Assembly (NCBI RefSeq): GCF_009914755.1
Contig: NC_060930.1
DNA: 64,000 nucleotides
From: the human T2T-CHM13v2.0 reference genome, Homo sapiens
Strand: one strand, 5' to 3'
Shown: in pieces, positions 26,021 to 39,481 of the stretch
Layout of the letters: every line of letters starts with the position of its first letter
Position numbering within the stretch: the stretch's first letter is position 1
Position numbers and translations under genes: made by a program
The notes under the pieces: model-generated
What the model was told of the DNA's origin: nothing
What the model saw: the letters and a program-made list of their open reading frames with translations, nothing else
The model's database searches: none

Positions 26021-27789
26021 GCTGAGGGAGAGGGTAAATGGACACTCCCAAAAAGCAGCTGTTGCTCATCAACATTTTATCTAGTAATATGTATTTGTTT
26101 TGTTCAGCCTTGATTAGCTGCTTTGAGGCTACTTTTTCATATCCAATCTGATGTGGAAAGTCTCCCAGTTGGGCAGCACTTAAATAAAGCAAGAAATTCA
26201 TCTACTAGAACTACCTCCCTATCCTAGAGTTCCCGGTGTGTAGTAACTGATTCTGCTGCATTCACAGGGCCTATCTGCATGGAACCTTGAACTTAGAAAA
26301 TGCTCAATAAATACTGTCTTTGAAGTGAAATGAACTAAATGAAGGAGAAAAAGAGTACAATCAAGAAAGAGAGGACAACAAGAGCAAGCTTTCTTGTTTT
26401 TGTTCATCTTCTACTACTTGCTTTAAACCCAACAGGTTCTAGTATTTACATTCATTCTCTTAGTACTTGATCTTCTCCTAAATGACCATGTTTATAGTAT
26501 TTCTTTTTCATTTGGAAAGAGATGGGTTTGAATCCAACTTTTCAGAGTTTGAATGGCAAAGTCTGCCTTTCCTAGCTTACTAAATAAATATACAACTACA
26601 TCCCTTCTGATAACTTCTGTTTGACTCTAAATAGTCATCATGAAATAATTATAGATGCTTTCTTCTGTTATGTGAAATAATTGCCTCTCCCACCCCCATC
26701 CCTGACCTTATTCACTAAGCTCTAATCATCACAAAAAAATTTATTTATGCAAGGAAATAGCAAGTTATTCACTCAGCTCATTTTATTCACCATTGTCTTC
26801 TGATTTCTTCACACTACTTAATTTAGCATGTCAAGGTGAAACGATTAGTTTATCTCACCTTGACACGGCTATAGTCCACTGACAAAACACGTTTGTGACA
26901 TTCTTGTTGGATACTTTCTCTCTAGTAATAGCTATCTCCTGAATTACCATTGGTTGGTATTTCCAAGTCAGAATAAGTATGTGACCAGCAGGTAAATCTG
27001 GCTGATAATAAATCAGAACAAATAAGGGCATCAAAGAAAATGCATTCCCTTAAGACCACTATGCATGATAAGGCATTGTTTCAGATCAACATCTGCTTTT
27101 ATTCTTCATGATGATAAGAAAAGCCCAATTAACACCCACAGTTTAAAAAGATGCAACTTTTTATTTATCTAAGACTCTACTGCTGAAAACCTTGCCAGAT
27201 TTACAATCCTAAAGACAACAGCTTTTTGTAAATGTGTTTTATTTGCAGTTATAATATCTATAGTTAAATCAGTTCATTAAAAATAGAATTGTAAACTATC
27301 TCCCAAGCTGCCATATTTGAGGGTTTAAAACAAAAAAAAATGATTTAGATTATATTCTTACACTGCATTTAAGTAGAACTGTGAAGTCATCTAGTATATA
27401 AAACAATATCCTTAGATAGGAAATCACTCTTAATTAAGATGGAGGTTAGGACCATTTAATTTTATATTACACAACTCACTGTCCCTAAAGCACTTTACCA
27501 TGGTGGGATTCACTACACTTAGCTTTCAAAGAGTTGTTACCTGTCTGGGTCTCAGGGCAAATGAGCAACAGTATATAGTCAATGAAAAAACTGACACCTT
27601 CTTAAGACCAGAAATAACCACATAACACACTAGCTGCAAAGCCTTCCGTCTGGGTGATAGCAGGCTGTATTTTGCCTTTTGAATTACATTATTTCTTACA
27701 GCCCTATTTGGCTTCATTCTTTTCACAAGAAAGCTAAGGAAATTTTTTCTTTTAATAAGAGCTGAAAAAATCCTAGATTTTCCCAGAGG

Positions 27790-28025
27790 CTGTGTTATGT
27801 GTGAGGGTGCCCAGGCAGGGGCAGGAGTGCTGGACTGAGAGCTGGGACATCTGGATCCCACTTTGCTAATTGTGATTGGAGTTTGCCTCTTAATCGCTCT
27901 CTACCTTTATGTCTTCATTGTTAAAATAGGAATACTAATAGACGCCCTGCCTGCATAGTTGTTATGAAGATCAAATGAATTAATAAATGGGAGAGTGCTT
28001 TGGAAAAGTTAAAAGTGCCACTCAA
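27790..28025 (+). mobile_element. MIR
   Basis: gttgttatgaagatcaaatga...gagagtgctttggaaaagttaaaagtgc matches the MIR 3' region. Confidence 0.75.
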
Positions 28026-28339
28026 GCGTTAGTTATTCCTATTTGGCTTTCATATTCTTTGGAAACCTCGTTTATAATAAGGCTTTCCTGGAAAAGTAGC
28101 TGTTTCTTGAAATCCCATGAAAGCTTTGTCTTTGTATTATCTCTTATGGGTTCCTTTGGAAGTTCAGCAAGTTTCTCTGTTCCCTACTGTGCTGTGCATA
28201 CATTGCCCAGAGTGATTCCAGGGCCAGCCCTGAAATGGGCAGCCTGCTCTGCACATGGTCTGCTCAGTGAGGGCTGGTTCTATGGTGTCGAAATTAAAAA
28301 CACATATGCTGTTTGTAGTGTTTTTCCGATACATTTTCA

Positions 28340-29400
28340 ATAGAACATTTTGAAATGACAGAAATGTACAAAGAAAGAAAAAACATAAACTACCCTTAAT
28401 CCTACTACCCAAACACAAACATTGTTAACATTTTAATATACCTCATGTATATCCTTCTGGCTTCTTTCCCACGTATATATAGCACACATTGTATATTTGA
28501 CAATATATGTGTTATTATGAACTGAATGCTTGTGTACTCTCCAGATTCAAATATTGAAGCCCTAAGCCCCAGTGTATTTGGAGATAGGGCCTGTGGAAGG
28601 TAGTTAATATTAAATGAGGTCAAAAGGGCAAAGCCCTAGCCTGATAGGACTAATGTTTTTATAAGAAGAGATACCAGAGAACTCCCTGCCACATCCCTTC
28701 CCAAGCCATGTGAGGTCACAGCAAGAAGGCAGCCATCTGTGAGCCAGGCAGACAGCCCTCACCAGGAACCAGATCAACTGACACTTTGATCTTGAACTTC
28801 CAGCCTCCAGAACTACCAGAAATAAATTTCTGTTGTTTAAGCCACCCAGTTGATGGTATTTGTTACGCCAGCCCAGCCCAAGCAGACTAATTCACACATA
28901 TTAATACACTTCTACATCATTTAGGGTTTTTTTGCTTAATACATTGTGAACATTTCTCCATGCATTGACAATTCTACAGTGTGATTTGAATTACTTTAAA
29001 ATATAGCAAAATATGGATACAATCTAATTTTTTTTAGCAATTCTCTACTGTTGGACATTTAGAGGATTATAATTTTGAGCTATTTAAGTAATGCTGTGAT
29101 AAACATCCTTGGATATTTATCTCTTTGTATAGCTTTCATTCCTCAAAGTAGAAGTGCGGGATTAAAAAGAATGAATACTTTTAGAGCTTTTTATATTTAT
29201 TAAAATGTCCTCCAGAAAGACTGTATGACTTCACACCTCTACCAATAGCTATTTGAGGTTGCCTATTTTCAAGAACTCTCACCAACAACAGTCGCTATCA
29301 CTGTAAATTGATATTTATCAATTTGAAGCAAAAAGGTATCTCATCGCTATTTTAATTTGTATTTTTAATTACTAAGCTATTGAATTATTCATATATGTTT
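28340..29400 (-). mobile_element. Old L1ME 3' fragment interrupted by MLT1A0
   Basis: ttggacatttag...aatgctgtgataaacatcctt...tatctcatcgctattttaatttg. Confidence 0.65.
28510..28894 (+). mobile_element. MLT1A0-type solo LTR
   Basis: gcaagaaggcagccatctg...ccagcctccagaact...aataaatttctgttgtttaagcc. Confidence 0.88.
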
Positions 29401-31500
29401 GTTTGGAATTTATTCTGTAGGGATAGAAAGGAAAGAATCTCCCTCTTAACATATTATTACAATTATAAACAATTTTATTATTAAAATTTTAATTTTCTAA
29501 TATGTTAGATACTTACTTTGTTTTATGAGATACACCAAATGTAATCACCAATCCTGTGATTTTCAACAACACACTGACATAACCTCTCTGCTTTGCCTTT
29601 CATAATTCTGAGAAAACCCCAGAAATATAAAAATGTTTAAGGTTTCATGGAAGCCAGAATTTAAAAATTTAAAAATTTAAAAATAAGTGAGTTTAATTTT
29701 ATTACCTGAGTGCTTTTTTCTCTAGCTTTAGTTATCTATTTCTCTTCATCACGGCACATAATAGATGAAAAATAAATATTTGTAACATGACTGAATGGAT
29801 TAACAGGGTAATCATCTACTGTTTTCTCAAGTAGAAACAAATAACAGCCAGCTCTGTTCTAAACCACTTTAAATTAATGACTATCATCCCCTCCATGTCT
29901 ATCCCTCATGTAATCCTCCTTTACATTCTCCTCTGTAATGTTAAACTTGACTTTTTTCCTCCAAGATCTCCTGAAAGACCACATTACTAATGAACAATGA
30001 GTGGCTAAGGGTTCCAGGGATTGCTCTTCCAATTCTCTAACTCAATGGCCAAGGCTTTGGCTCAGTTTCAAGTAACGAGGGGGAAAATTAGGGAAAGTGT
30101 GTACGGTTCACAATTTCTCCAAGTCAGGTGGAGAACAAGTGGCATGTAAAGCTCTCTATTTATTCTTTTGTTTAATCAGTAATTGACATAGAAAATTTGC
30201 CATAAATTGGCATTGGAAAATTCATTTTTTTTCAGCATATTACCCCAGGAGGCTTTTTGATCTTTATTTTCTTTTGACTGTGACTAACCTTGATCTACCC
30301 TTCACTTTTGTCCATTCCCAGTGAAATATATTTTTATAAAATTAGCATCTATTTTTTGGTCATTTGTAAAGAAGCAAGTACCGAGAGAGCTGTCATGACA
30401 TTTTTGATACAGTTAAAAAAGAGTTAAAAGAAATTGCCTTCAAAAAGACCAGTACAAAAGTACTCCTACATGTACTAGGCTTTCAGATGCCTCAAATATT
30501 TTCATGAATGAAAGCCCTTTTGGTTATTTTCATTATAGAAGAAATTCTTTTATGGAAAATTCAAACTAACAAAGGAAGCTCAGATTGCAATTCTAACATT
30601 TTTTAGCAGAGTTGACCAAACATGAGTCCTAAATTGACGTATTATGAAACACAATAAATAAGTTTTCAAAGGCTGGCTTAACACTGCAAAGCTTTTTTGA
30701 AACAGATCTCTCCTTTATGTATCTATCTTTCTCAAGTTCATGGATCATAAGAGGACATGGAATTTGGAGGCCTCTGGTTATTCTTACAATAGTCACAGCT
30801 ACTGGGGAGCTGAGCAGTGAGAGTCAGTCACTTCCCATAGAATCATCTGCAGTGAATTGTCCTCATTGCCAGCTTGGAAGTGGAAGAGGCTTTATATTGC
30901 ATGACCTGGCAGAGTTATTAAAAGACTACATTGGCATTGTGAAAGGTTAATTGCTAATAGATAAACAGTTCAACTCAAACAGTTTCTGTTGAATTCTTAC
31001 TCTGTCCAACGCACAAAGATGGTAGTGTTGACAGCTGTAGCATGGGTGGGGGTGATGGTGATGGAGGTTGAGGTGGTGGTATGTGTGCGTCTGTGAGGGG
31101 GAGAGAGTTACAAAAAGGAATGACCTAGTCCCTGACCTCAAGTATGGTCAATGCTCTAATGGAGGCATGGCCAAAGGCTGTGGGAGCAAAGGGGCAGGAG
31201 ACATCTATTCTAAAAGATGAGGAAGCGGTGTGGATCACCCAGGAGTTCAGTGGTTCTCGTTTCAGGGTACAAGAGATCAAAATTAAACTCAGTGGAGTGG
31301 ATCAAGAGGCAGAGGACAGTTTTAGAAAGAAAGAGGTCTTGTAGGTAGCCAAAGGAGTATAGCTAAGACAGATTAAGAATTAGTCAATGAGAGAGACAGA
31401 CAGACAGACAGAAGAAGGACAAGAATCTGGGCCAGCCCAGGACATTCATGTAGGTAGATTATTATACCTTAGAACCTGAAAGGACTTACGGCTAAACTCC

Positions 31501-31555
31501 TGGAGAATGTTTGCTCTAAACTAGAATGTTTGGAGAATGTTTGCTCTAAACTAGA
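31501..31555 (+). repeat. Short tandem duplication (25 bp, period 30)
   Basis: tggagaatgtttgctctaaactaga occurs twice. Confidence 0.95.
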
Positions 31556-31599
31556 GTGTAATCTCCATGGGGGTAGCCAATTTTTCTGTTTTCTTTATT

Positions 31600-32900
31600 G
31601 CCCCCATCCCCCAAAAAGCACCTGGCACTAGTAAGCCACAAAAATATCAGCAGAAAGAATATACGAATATATGGGATGGAAGACTTATAGAGCCAGAAGG
31701 GAGGCCTGTGTTCAGAAGCTGGGGTCTGAGGAAATGCCTCCCCTCCTCCCCTCAAGATGTCAGGTGGTAGCATAAATTGTGAACAGTAAACTGAAAAATG
31801 TGAAAGATATAATAAGATATTAATTAGAAATATTTTTTATTCCCCTGGAATTGGCATCTAGGACCCAAGACTGAAACTAAAGAGGAATCAATTACCTCAT
31901 ATTATAAAGAGATCAGAAAACAATTAAAAACAAATACCTCCTCAGAGCTTATTAAGAATTGGCCAAACAACAGGGAGGGAGAATTCAAAGGAATTACTGG
32001 AGTCATAAGTTATCAACTCAGTGGGGAACACTGTGAGTTTTCTTTCTATTTCCTCTTTCCTAACAGTTTCCAAATTAGGAAGAAGGCTTTAAGAGGATTG
32101 CTTGTAGAGATTGTCTGTCAAAAGAAGAGACTGGCCTCTCACTCTCTGGTTGAACATGTACTTACATTACTCGCAGTGCCTTTTTGAGTAGAAAGAACAG
32201 AGCGAGATGGCAAGGTGAGGAGAAGACTATACAAGTGGCCTTACTCCCACCATTTGGTCTGCTGGCAAAGATGGCTGGGTTCTCCATGGATCAAATGGAC
32301 ACAAAGGACATAATTAGCTGAACTTAACTCAAGAGTGAGAGGACACTGGAATCAAGACATAGTGGGGTGTATTCCTAGAGAAGAAAGTAGGGGCATTGGA
32401 AGAGATGAGCCAAGTGAGCCTCAAAAGTCAGGGCACGGTGCAGTGGGACATGCAACATCCCTGCAAAGTCTCCTAAAGAGCAAGAACCCTCATTGTCGAA
32501 CACCTGGAACACCTTCATCTCATGAGAGAGACAGGATATGGATACCTGCCACCCAGAGGGTCATTCCTGGCCAGGAAAGCAGAGACAGCTGACAGGCCCA
32601 TGGCTACACCCAGGTAAATAAGAGCTTCTGTTCCCTTTACATTGTCCTCCTCCTTGTGCAAACCTGTGAGAGGAAAAGGGGAAGAAGCCAAGTCCCTCTA
32701 TCAAAGCTAGGCTGATGCCAGGCTGATGCTGGGGAGGGAAGAAGAAGTGAACACTAAATCAGGTGTGAGACTGAAGTTTCAATTAGAATGGACTTTTTAA
32801 TCAAAAGAGACTGTTGATAATGTTCTTATGGAATGATGAGAAAGAAAAATTTTTCAGATTGTAGTTAAAAGCTGTGATTTGAAAGGGGAAAAGTGATTAT
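31600..32900 (+). mobile_element. Probable ancient Gypsy-like LTR remnants (MamGypLTR/LTR85-88-like)
   Basis: tgagactgaagtttcaattagaatggactttttaatc resembles these families, from memory. Confidence 0.35.
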
Positions 32901-33410
32901 GTTTCTACTCTATCAATACCAGACTGCTCCACAATTGATTATAGGTATAACCATGGTCTTTTACCACTAAAGAATCAGTGAGGCTCTCAGCTAGGAAGCT
33001 AGGGTGGTGTTGCTATTCTAATGCTGCCCAAAAGCCTTATCTTTCATTATACTGATTCTGCCTCATCTATTTGACATGTCAATGGTTCATCCAACAAATA
33101 TTTATTGAACATATACTACTATGAACAAGGCATTTGTCTAGGCACTGGATAGACAAAGGCAAGCAAGACAGCCACTAACTCTGCCTTGCATCAGAGATCC
33201 ACACTAGAACTTGCTGGGCTGGCAATTTCTTTGTATAGAAAATTATACACTAATTGCACTGAGATTGCTCCTTCGATTTCTGCAATGGTTCAAAGTCTAG
33301 GTTTTAAAATGCAAAGACTTTTTTGCCTTGTAGACATTGGGGCATTTGTACCGATTTTTAAAATTCCTTTTTGCAACTACATAGTTCTCAGCAATGACGA
33401 TAGGCTGGAT

Positions 33411-33760
33411 TAAGGCTTGGCAAACTTTTCCTGTAAAGGGCCATATAGGAGGTAGGAAATACTTTAGGTCTTTCAGACCATGCAGTCTCTGTCACAACTA
33501 CTCAGCTCTGCCTGTGTACCATAAAAGTGGCCAGAGGCAATATGAATAAATGGATGTAGATGTGTTCTACTCAAATTTTACTTATGGCCACTAAAATGTG
33601 AAGTTCACCTGATTTTCATACGTTGTGAAATATTATTCTCTTTTGGAATGATTTTCAACCATTAAAGAATGTATGCACAAACTATTCATAGCTTGTGGGT
33701 TGTAAAAGAACAGATAGACAATTGGATTTGGCTTACAAACCATAATCTGCTGGTCCTTTG
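33411..33760. mobile_element. MER58B-like hAT-Charlie element
   Basis: ggcaaacttttcctgtaaagggcca...gtctctgtcacaactactcagctctgcc. Confidence 0.85.
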
Positions 33761-34059
33761 ACTAGAGGCATGACCCTTTACATGCAAATTTATTTTCAAA
33801 TGACTCCTATAAAATCCTGCTTTTCGTTAGGTTTATGAGTTTCTCGTGTCCATGAATGTCTGCGGTGCCCATGACAAGAATGGAATTATAACTCTTCAGG
33901 TTTTAGGTTTTACATGTTTTCTGTGTTGACTGTGATTTGGAAGATTCTCTTGCCCCATTACTCAGAAGTTCTTCCTCTGTGGAATATCTCCCTCTGTTAT
34001 TATTGCTTGGATTAAAAGTGATCTCCTCACATGAGTGTTCTGCTGTTTCAAGCTGAATG

Positions 34060-34810
34060 GCATTTCCTGGAGTGAGCCATGTTCCTTCCCACCTCTGGGC
34101 TTTGCTTGTACTGTTCTTTGACCTGAAATGTTCCCCTAGTGGCTACCACCCTTCCTTTACTAGGCTAACTCCTTGGGGGATCTGTAATCCGTTTAAATGT
34201 CAATTCCTCAGAAAAGCATCAGATCATAATTATTTTTGTAATGTTTTGATTGATGGCTGCCTTCTCTTCTAGACGGTAGCCTTCCCAAGGGTAAGCAACC
34301 CTGGCTCTTCAACTCACCATTGCCTTCCAGTGCCAGGTGTGGTACTAGATATAGAGTCACAGTCTGGTAGTCAGGAGGGCCAGGGAGTTCGACTGCTTGT
34401 TAAAACACTGGTATCAGCATCTTCTAACTATATCACCTCCCTAAGCCTGTCTATTCATCTGTAAAATGAGATTAAAAGTATACTGACTCTATGGAGTTAT
34501 TATGAACATTTAATGAGATAATATGAATATAGTGTGTGGCTTAGTGTCTGAGATACAAGCTATTATTTGTAAAATGATCAATTGTTTTTATGATTGTCAT
34601 TCAGTGAATATTTGCTGAATTGAATTAATAATGAGAGCCATTAATATTGGGTACCTACTCTGTGACAAGTACTGTTGAAACAGCTTTACATGCACTATTT
34701 CATTTCATCTTTTCTACCACCCAGAGAGGAGGGTACTACTCTCAACTCTATTTTGCTGATAAGGGAGCTGAAGTACAAAGAGGTTAAGTAACCTGCTCAG
34801 TCACACTATA
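34060..34810. mobile_element. Cluster of L2 and MIR fragments (MIR + at about 34380-34570, MIR - at about 34630-34810)
   Basis: catctgtaaaatgaga core; aggttaagtaacctgctcag; L2 end tgaatatttgctgaattgaat. Confidence 0.7.
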
Positions 34811-35364
34811 ATTAAATATGTAATTAAAAAGTGAAGGATTTTCTCAGATTATGACATATATTATTGGTTTCCAACGGGTTTATTATAAATGCTTTTTTAT
34901 CTTTCATACTCTCTTTTCTGGCCAAAACAAAATCATTAGCAAACAGCATAACCTTATATGAAAACATTTATTTTATATAGGTCTGTACTAAAAATAGATA
35001 ATTTTAAAAAGCATGATCAAACTGATGTACCCTCTTCTGTGGTCACATATATTATTTCCCATAATTCAATAAAGTGTGGCATTTGCATCAAGGTCATTTT
35101 GTTATTTGTCTAAATTTGGACACAGGCAAATTTAGAAGATACCTTAAAATCTGCCAACTTTGAAGTGCATAAACACCACAGCATTGATGTAAATATAAGT
35201 CAGCTAAAATATATCAAAGTAGGAATTCTAGGAAAAGGTTGATTGAGGAAAAAATTATAGACATCTATATTTGGCTATATTCACACCGATCTATGTAAAT
35301 AAGAAACTGTCTACTCGTATTCATAAATATTTAATTCAGCAATATTATAAATTTGGATTCTTAC

Positions 35365-35507
35365 CTGTGAGTAGATCTGACATATTGCTCACCCACTAAT
35401 TTAACTTTAAAAAATAGTTCTTTAGGCAAGTAGCCCACTTAAAGCATTTATCCAGAAAGCGATAATTTTTCCAGTTACTTTAACAATACACTGAATAGTG
35501 TTTCTTT
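35365..35507 (-). pseudogene. Candidate fossil exon
   Basis: Acceptor ctttaccttag and strong donor CAG|GTAAGA. Reads RNTIQCIVKVTGKIIAFWINALSGLLA*. Confidence 0.35.
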
Positions 35508-35529
35508 CTAAGGTAAAGTATATAGAGAG

Positions 35530-35730
35530 ATCCAATAGGCAGAAAGGTTACGAGCTCAAGGCTCTTGAGTTATACTTACCTGAATTCAAATCCTGACGTG
35601 ACTTAGTCAAGATATTTAAACTGCCTAAGCCTCAGTGTTTCCATCTGTAAATGGGATAATAGTAGTATCTACCTCATAGGGCTGTTGTAACTGTTTAGCT
35701 GATGTCTGTGATAGGCTCAGCACAGGCTAA
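35530..35730 (+). mobile_element. MIR
   Basis: aagcctcagtgtttccatctgtaaatgggataatagtagtatctacctcataggg. Confidence 0.85.
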
Positions 35731-35770
35731 GGATTACAGTTGTTAATTTACATTTAAAAAAACACTTCTG

Positions 35771-36066
35771 GGCTGGGCGCAGTGGTGCATACCTGTAATC
35801 CTAGCACTTTGGGAGGCCGAGGCAGGTGGATCACTTGAGGTTGGGAGTTCAAGACCAGCCTGGCCAACATGGTGAAACCCCATCTCTACTAAAAATACAA
35901 AAATTAGCCAGATGTGGTTGCAGGCACCTGTAATCCCACCTACTCGGAAGGCTGAGGCAGGAGAATCGCTTGAACCCAGGAAGCAGGGGTTGCAGTGAGC
36001 CGAGATTGTGCCATTGCACTGCAGCCTGGGAGACAAAGTGAGACTCCGTCTCAAAAACAAACAAAC
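35771..36066 (+). mobile_element. AluSx/Sz with (AAAC)n tail
   Basis: Full dimer. TSD aaaaaacacttc. Confidence 0.95.
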
Positions 36067-36214
36067 AAAAAACACTTCCAAACATCTTTATAGATGGCTT
36101 CTGAATAGCACCCGGTAGATATTTAAAATATCATTGTTGAAATGAAATGAAATTCAAAAGGTAAAGTGTTCAGTATTAAACAGCAGAGTCTTTGTATGGG
36201 TTGCCATTTAGTCT

Positions 36215-36398
36215 TTTCCAAACATATCAAAGTGTAGGTTGCATAAGACTCACCTGGGGAATCTTTTTGAAAATCAAGATTCTGGTGCTCTGAATCTTCT
36301 GAATCAGTCAGTAGGTCAGGTATTAGGCTATGCGTGCATATTTTTAAAAGCCCTTACAGGGATTCTGATGGATAGTCAGATTTTGGAACATTACTTGA
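36215..36398. mobile_element. MER5-type MITE
   Basis: tcacctgggaatc...gattctgg...tgaatcag...tttaaaagccc...gattctgatg...ttttggaac. Confidence 0.7.
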
Positions 36399-36419
36399 AA
36401 CGCACTTTCAATTCAGTAA

Positions 36420-36869
36420 AAGTTTTCCCCAGCATTTCTGTTAGCCAGATGAGCCTTCAATAGATGGTAACCCCATCCCAAGTGTTCCTGGATAAAGAAT
36501 GTCCATATCGCAGCATCTACAGCCTCATTACAGAAGTGTCCTTTTTTAACTCTCTAAAGCTTTGGCCAATATGAGGAAGTCCCAGAACAGCATGAGAGAA
36601 ACCAGAGGGAAGAGTACCTGACCCTGAGTGTTTTCCAAGGTGTTGGCAGCTTCACCCCAGGGATCAGTTGCTCCTCCCCACCAGAGAGTGGGAACGAGTG
36701 GCATAGAAATAAGATAAAGCAAAACTCTCTCACATCCTCATTGGATTTCTGTTCTTCTGTATGTCCCTGCGCCATCCAGTACAAATCAAAAGCAGTCAAT
36801 ACATACTCATTGACTAATTATCATAAGCTTAGAGTCAACCTCCCATCATATCAGCAAAATACGTATCAC
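36420..36869 (-). pseudogene. Candidate fossil exon
   Basis: Acceptor cccatag|G. Protein-like frames (NEYVLTAFDLYWMAQG...; GFSHAVLGLPHIGQSFRELKKDTSVMRL*MLRYGHSL). The second frame's stops are all TGA/TAG. Confidence 0.45.
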
Positions 36870-37597
36870 CTATGGGATGTGAATTTCTCAAGTGAGGTTT
36901 AATTAATATGCATCTTCATTGAATCCTGTGAAAAACTGCATACATTTTATTTTCTCCTGCCTTCATGTCTCCTCTTTTTGTCACCATATGTTTCAATTGC
37001 CTTTCACGTGTTCTCCTTGGTGAAAGTACCCTATTCTCTCCTGCTCTCTAACACCTTCAGGCCTGCCATACAGTCACATGCTATGGGATATAAATAACTG
37101 AAAAACATTCATCTCTGTGGTGGCAGAGAAGCTGCTGCCACATTTTTTTTTTCCTGGAAACCTGCCTTTGGTGTGACAGTATTCTACAGCAGTTTGAAAC
37201 ATTTTCACAAAACATTTCTGAGTGAAGCAGGGAGAGGGGATGAGGAAGTTAAGATACTGCTGTGGCCTTCACACATCAGTTTATAACTTGCCTAAATATT
37301 TATTTATCATCATGTCAACAGGGTTTAAACATGAGCCAATAATTCATTTCAATCCAGATCTGTATTCTCTGAAGGGTTCTTTTTAGGAAAAAAAAATTGC
37401 TCTGTGCTTCTAAACTTTTACTCCTTTATCACTGGGAAAATATCTATTATTTATTTAACTTAGTGGGGTTTTTTTTAAGAAACTGTGACAAAGATGTAAA
37501 TTCCAAATGAGCAGGCAGAGTGTGTCTTTGACCACAATTTTATCTCCCTGCTTAGCACAATGACTGGCAATAGTAGGGCTTCAAAATATATATATTT

Positions 37598-37742
37598 TGG
37601 CACATGCCTGTAGTCTCAGCTACTCAGGAGGCTGAGGTAGGAGGATGGCTTGAGCCCAGGATTTCAACATTGCAATGTGCTATGATCACACCATTGCACT
37701 CCAGCCTGAGTAACAGAATAAGACCCAGTCTCTTAAAAAAAA
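37598..37742 (+). mobile_element. FRAM / AluJ right arm
   Basis: cctgtagtctcagctactcaggaggctgagg...ttgagcccagga...A-tail. Confidence 0.88.
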
Positions 37743-37936
37743 GAAACAATAATAATATAATATAAATATAATATATTATATTATAGTATCATCAATGAAG
37801 ACTCACTTTAGAAAGGAGGTGTTCTACGGTGACAGATCTATGCAAACATATCCCAAAAGACAAAAGAAGCTGAGAAGCTGAAGAAAGAGACTGACAAATC
37901 TAGTTTCTCAAAGAGAAACATTTAATAGGGACTTAC

Positions 37937-38245
37937 CAACAGACACGATGTCTCAGTGGCTGGGAGACATCGTGTTTTTGGTGAAATATGTGCAGGTGGT
38001 CGTGTTGCATACTTTCTTTTGAATCTCATGATCACTGGGGAGTAAGCATCTTCATGAAGAGTTGTCCATGCTACAGGTATTGTTTCTTTACGAGGGGTTA
38101 TCAATGCTATGAGCATAGTTTGAAGATCTTGCTGCAGAATACTGTGGCATGCAGGGATGAAACATCGGTCATCATAGCAGTTCTGCTTCCAGATGGCATC
38201 ACTGTTGCCATGCAACAGGTTGTTTTCCTACAGGAGGTTTGGAGG
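37937..38245 (-). pseudogene. Candidate fossil exon, TIG-like
   Basis: Acceptor tctgtcttctttag (an alternative ctgtag giving an exon start at 38227 yields 97 open codons). Donor TTG|GTAAGT. Motifs MATVMPSGSRTAMMTDVS, ETIPVAW and RCLLPS lie in different frames. Confidence 0.5.
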
Positions 38246-38499
38246 CTAAAGAAGACAGAGAGTCCTTTGGAAGACCATTTTGGGGGAGAAAGAATGCCAG
38301 ATAGATGGGAAATTCTTTTCTGCCAGCACATATGCACATACACACTTGGGGGGGGAGTTGGGGGGAGAAAGAGAGAGCCCATAATGAGATAAAGAGGATA
38401 ATATGGTATTTGTCAGTGAAAGGAATTATGTCCCCCTTCCCCTCCTTGCCCATGACATCAAGGGGAGTATAGATAATGTATATGTGCTTCAAATAGAAG

Positions 38500-38975
38500 T
38501 TCCTGGAGTGGCTCCCCCATTGCTCTAAGGATGAAGTCTTAACTTAGCATGGTTTGTAAGGCCTCACGTGATCTAGCTCCTGCCTATTTGTCTAACTTCA
38601 GTCTCATCCCCACCATTCTATTCTAGCCATATTGAATTTCTTTCAGAGTCTCTTGCCTATGGGTCTTGGCATATGCTGTACCATCTGCCAGGAACATGTT
38701 CCACCTCTTCACTGGCCAATTCTTTTTTATCCTTGAGGTGTCTGCTTAAGTGTCGTTTCTTCCAGGAAGTCTTCCCAGCCCTTTGGGTTGGGTTCCCTTC
38801 CTATGTTTCCCTATTATGGCACCTCCTATACTGCATTGTAACTGCTTGAGTAGTTGCCTCTGCTGAGACTGTGAGCTCCAGGGGACAGTGACCATGACTA
38901 TGTTGTTCATCACTGTGTCTTCAGCATTAAGCACAGTCCAACACACAGTCAATAAATGTTTGTTAAATGAATGAA
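38500..38975 (+). mobile_element. L2 3' end
   Basis: gactgtgagctccaggggacag...caataaatgtttgttaaatgaatgaa. Confidence 0.88.
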
Positions 38976-39481
38976 GAAAAGAAGAGGGGAAGGGAAGATA
39001 TCTGTAGCCTGAGCTGACTCAGTTGCTGTTGTCTTGGTTTTCCTGGCTCTTGTAAGACAGACTGAGTGGAGTCCCAGAAGATGTGAGAAGGCAAACACTG
39101 AAGCACTTGAGTCCAAAATTATGTTTAGGAAAGAAAAGAAAAAATAAATAAATGAAGTCAATAGGTTTTCAAAAACAAACTGTTTGTAGTTAATATACTC
39201 ATTACTAGTTATATTTGCTATTAAGGAATTCTTATTAATTAAAATTGTCATTTAATATCAGATAACGTTCCATTTTTCAATTTTATCTTGACTAATGAGG
39301 AAAGAGGAATATGCCAACCAACATAATTCCACACAACCTATTTTCTTGGAAATTCATAACACAGATAACTTGATTTAGGTATACAGAAATAATCAAATAG
39401 AGTTTTTACTTAATTTAAAGATTAATGTTTTGAACATATTGCTCATTCAATTCAGGAACCATTACTTCTGATCTTAGCCAC

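Noticed and set aside
31501-31555. Direct repeat as a possible CRISPR-like unit
   Set aside because: Only two copies with a 5-bp gap, in mammalian DNA
37988-38392. 134-aa plus-strand ORF
   Set aside because: Antisense shadow of the minus-strand exon candidate; I saw no plus-strand splice or domain support
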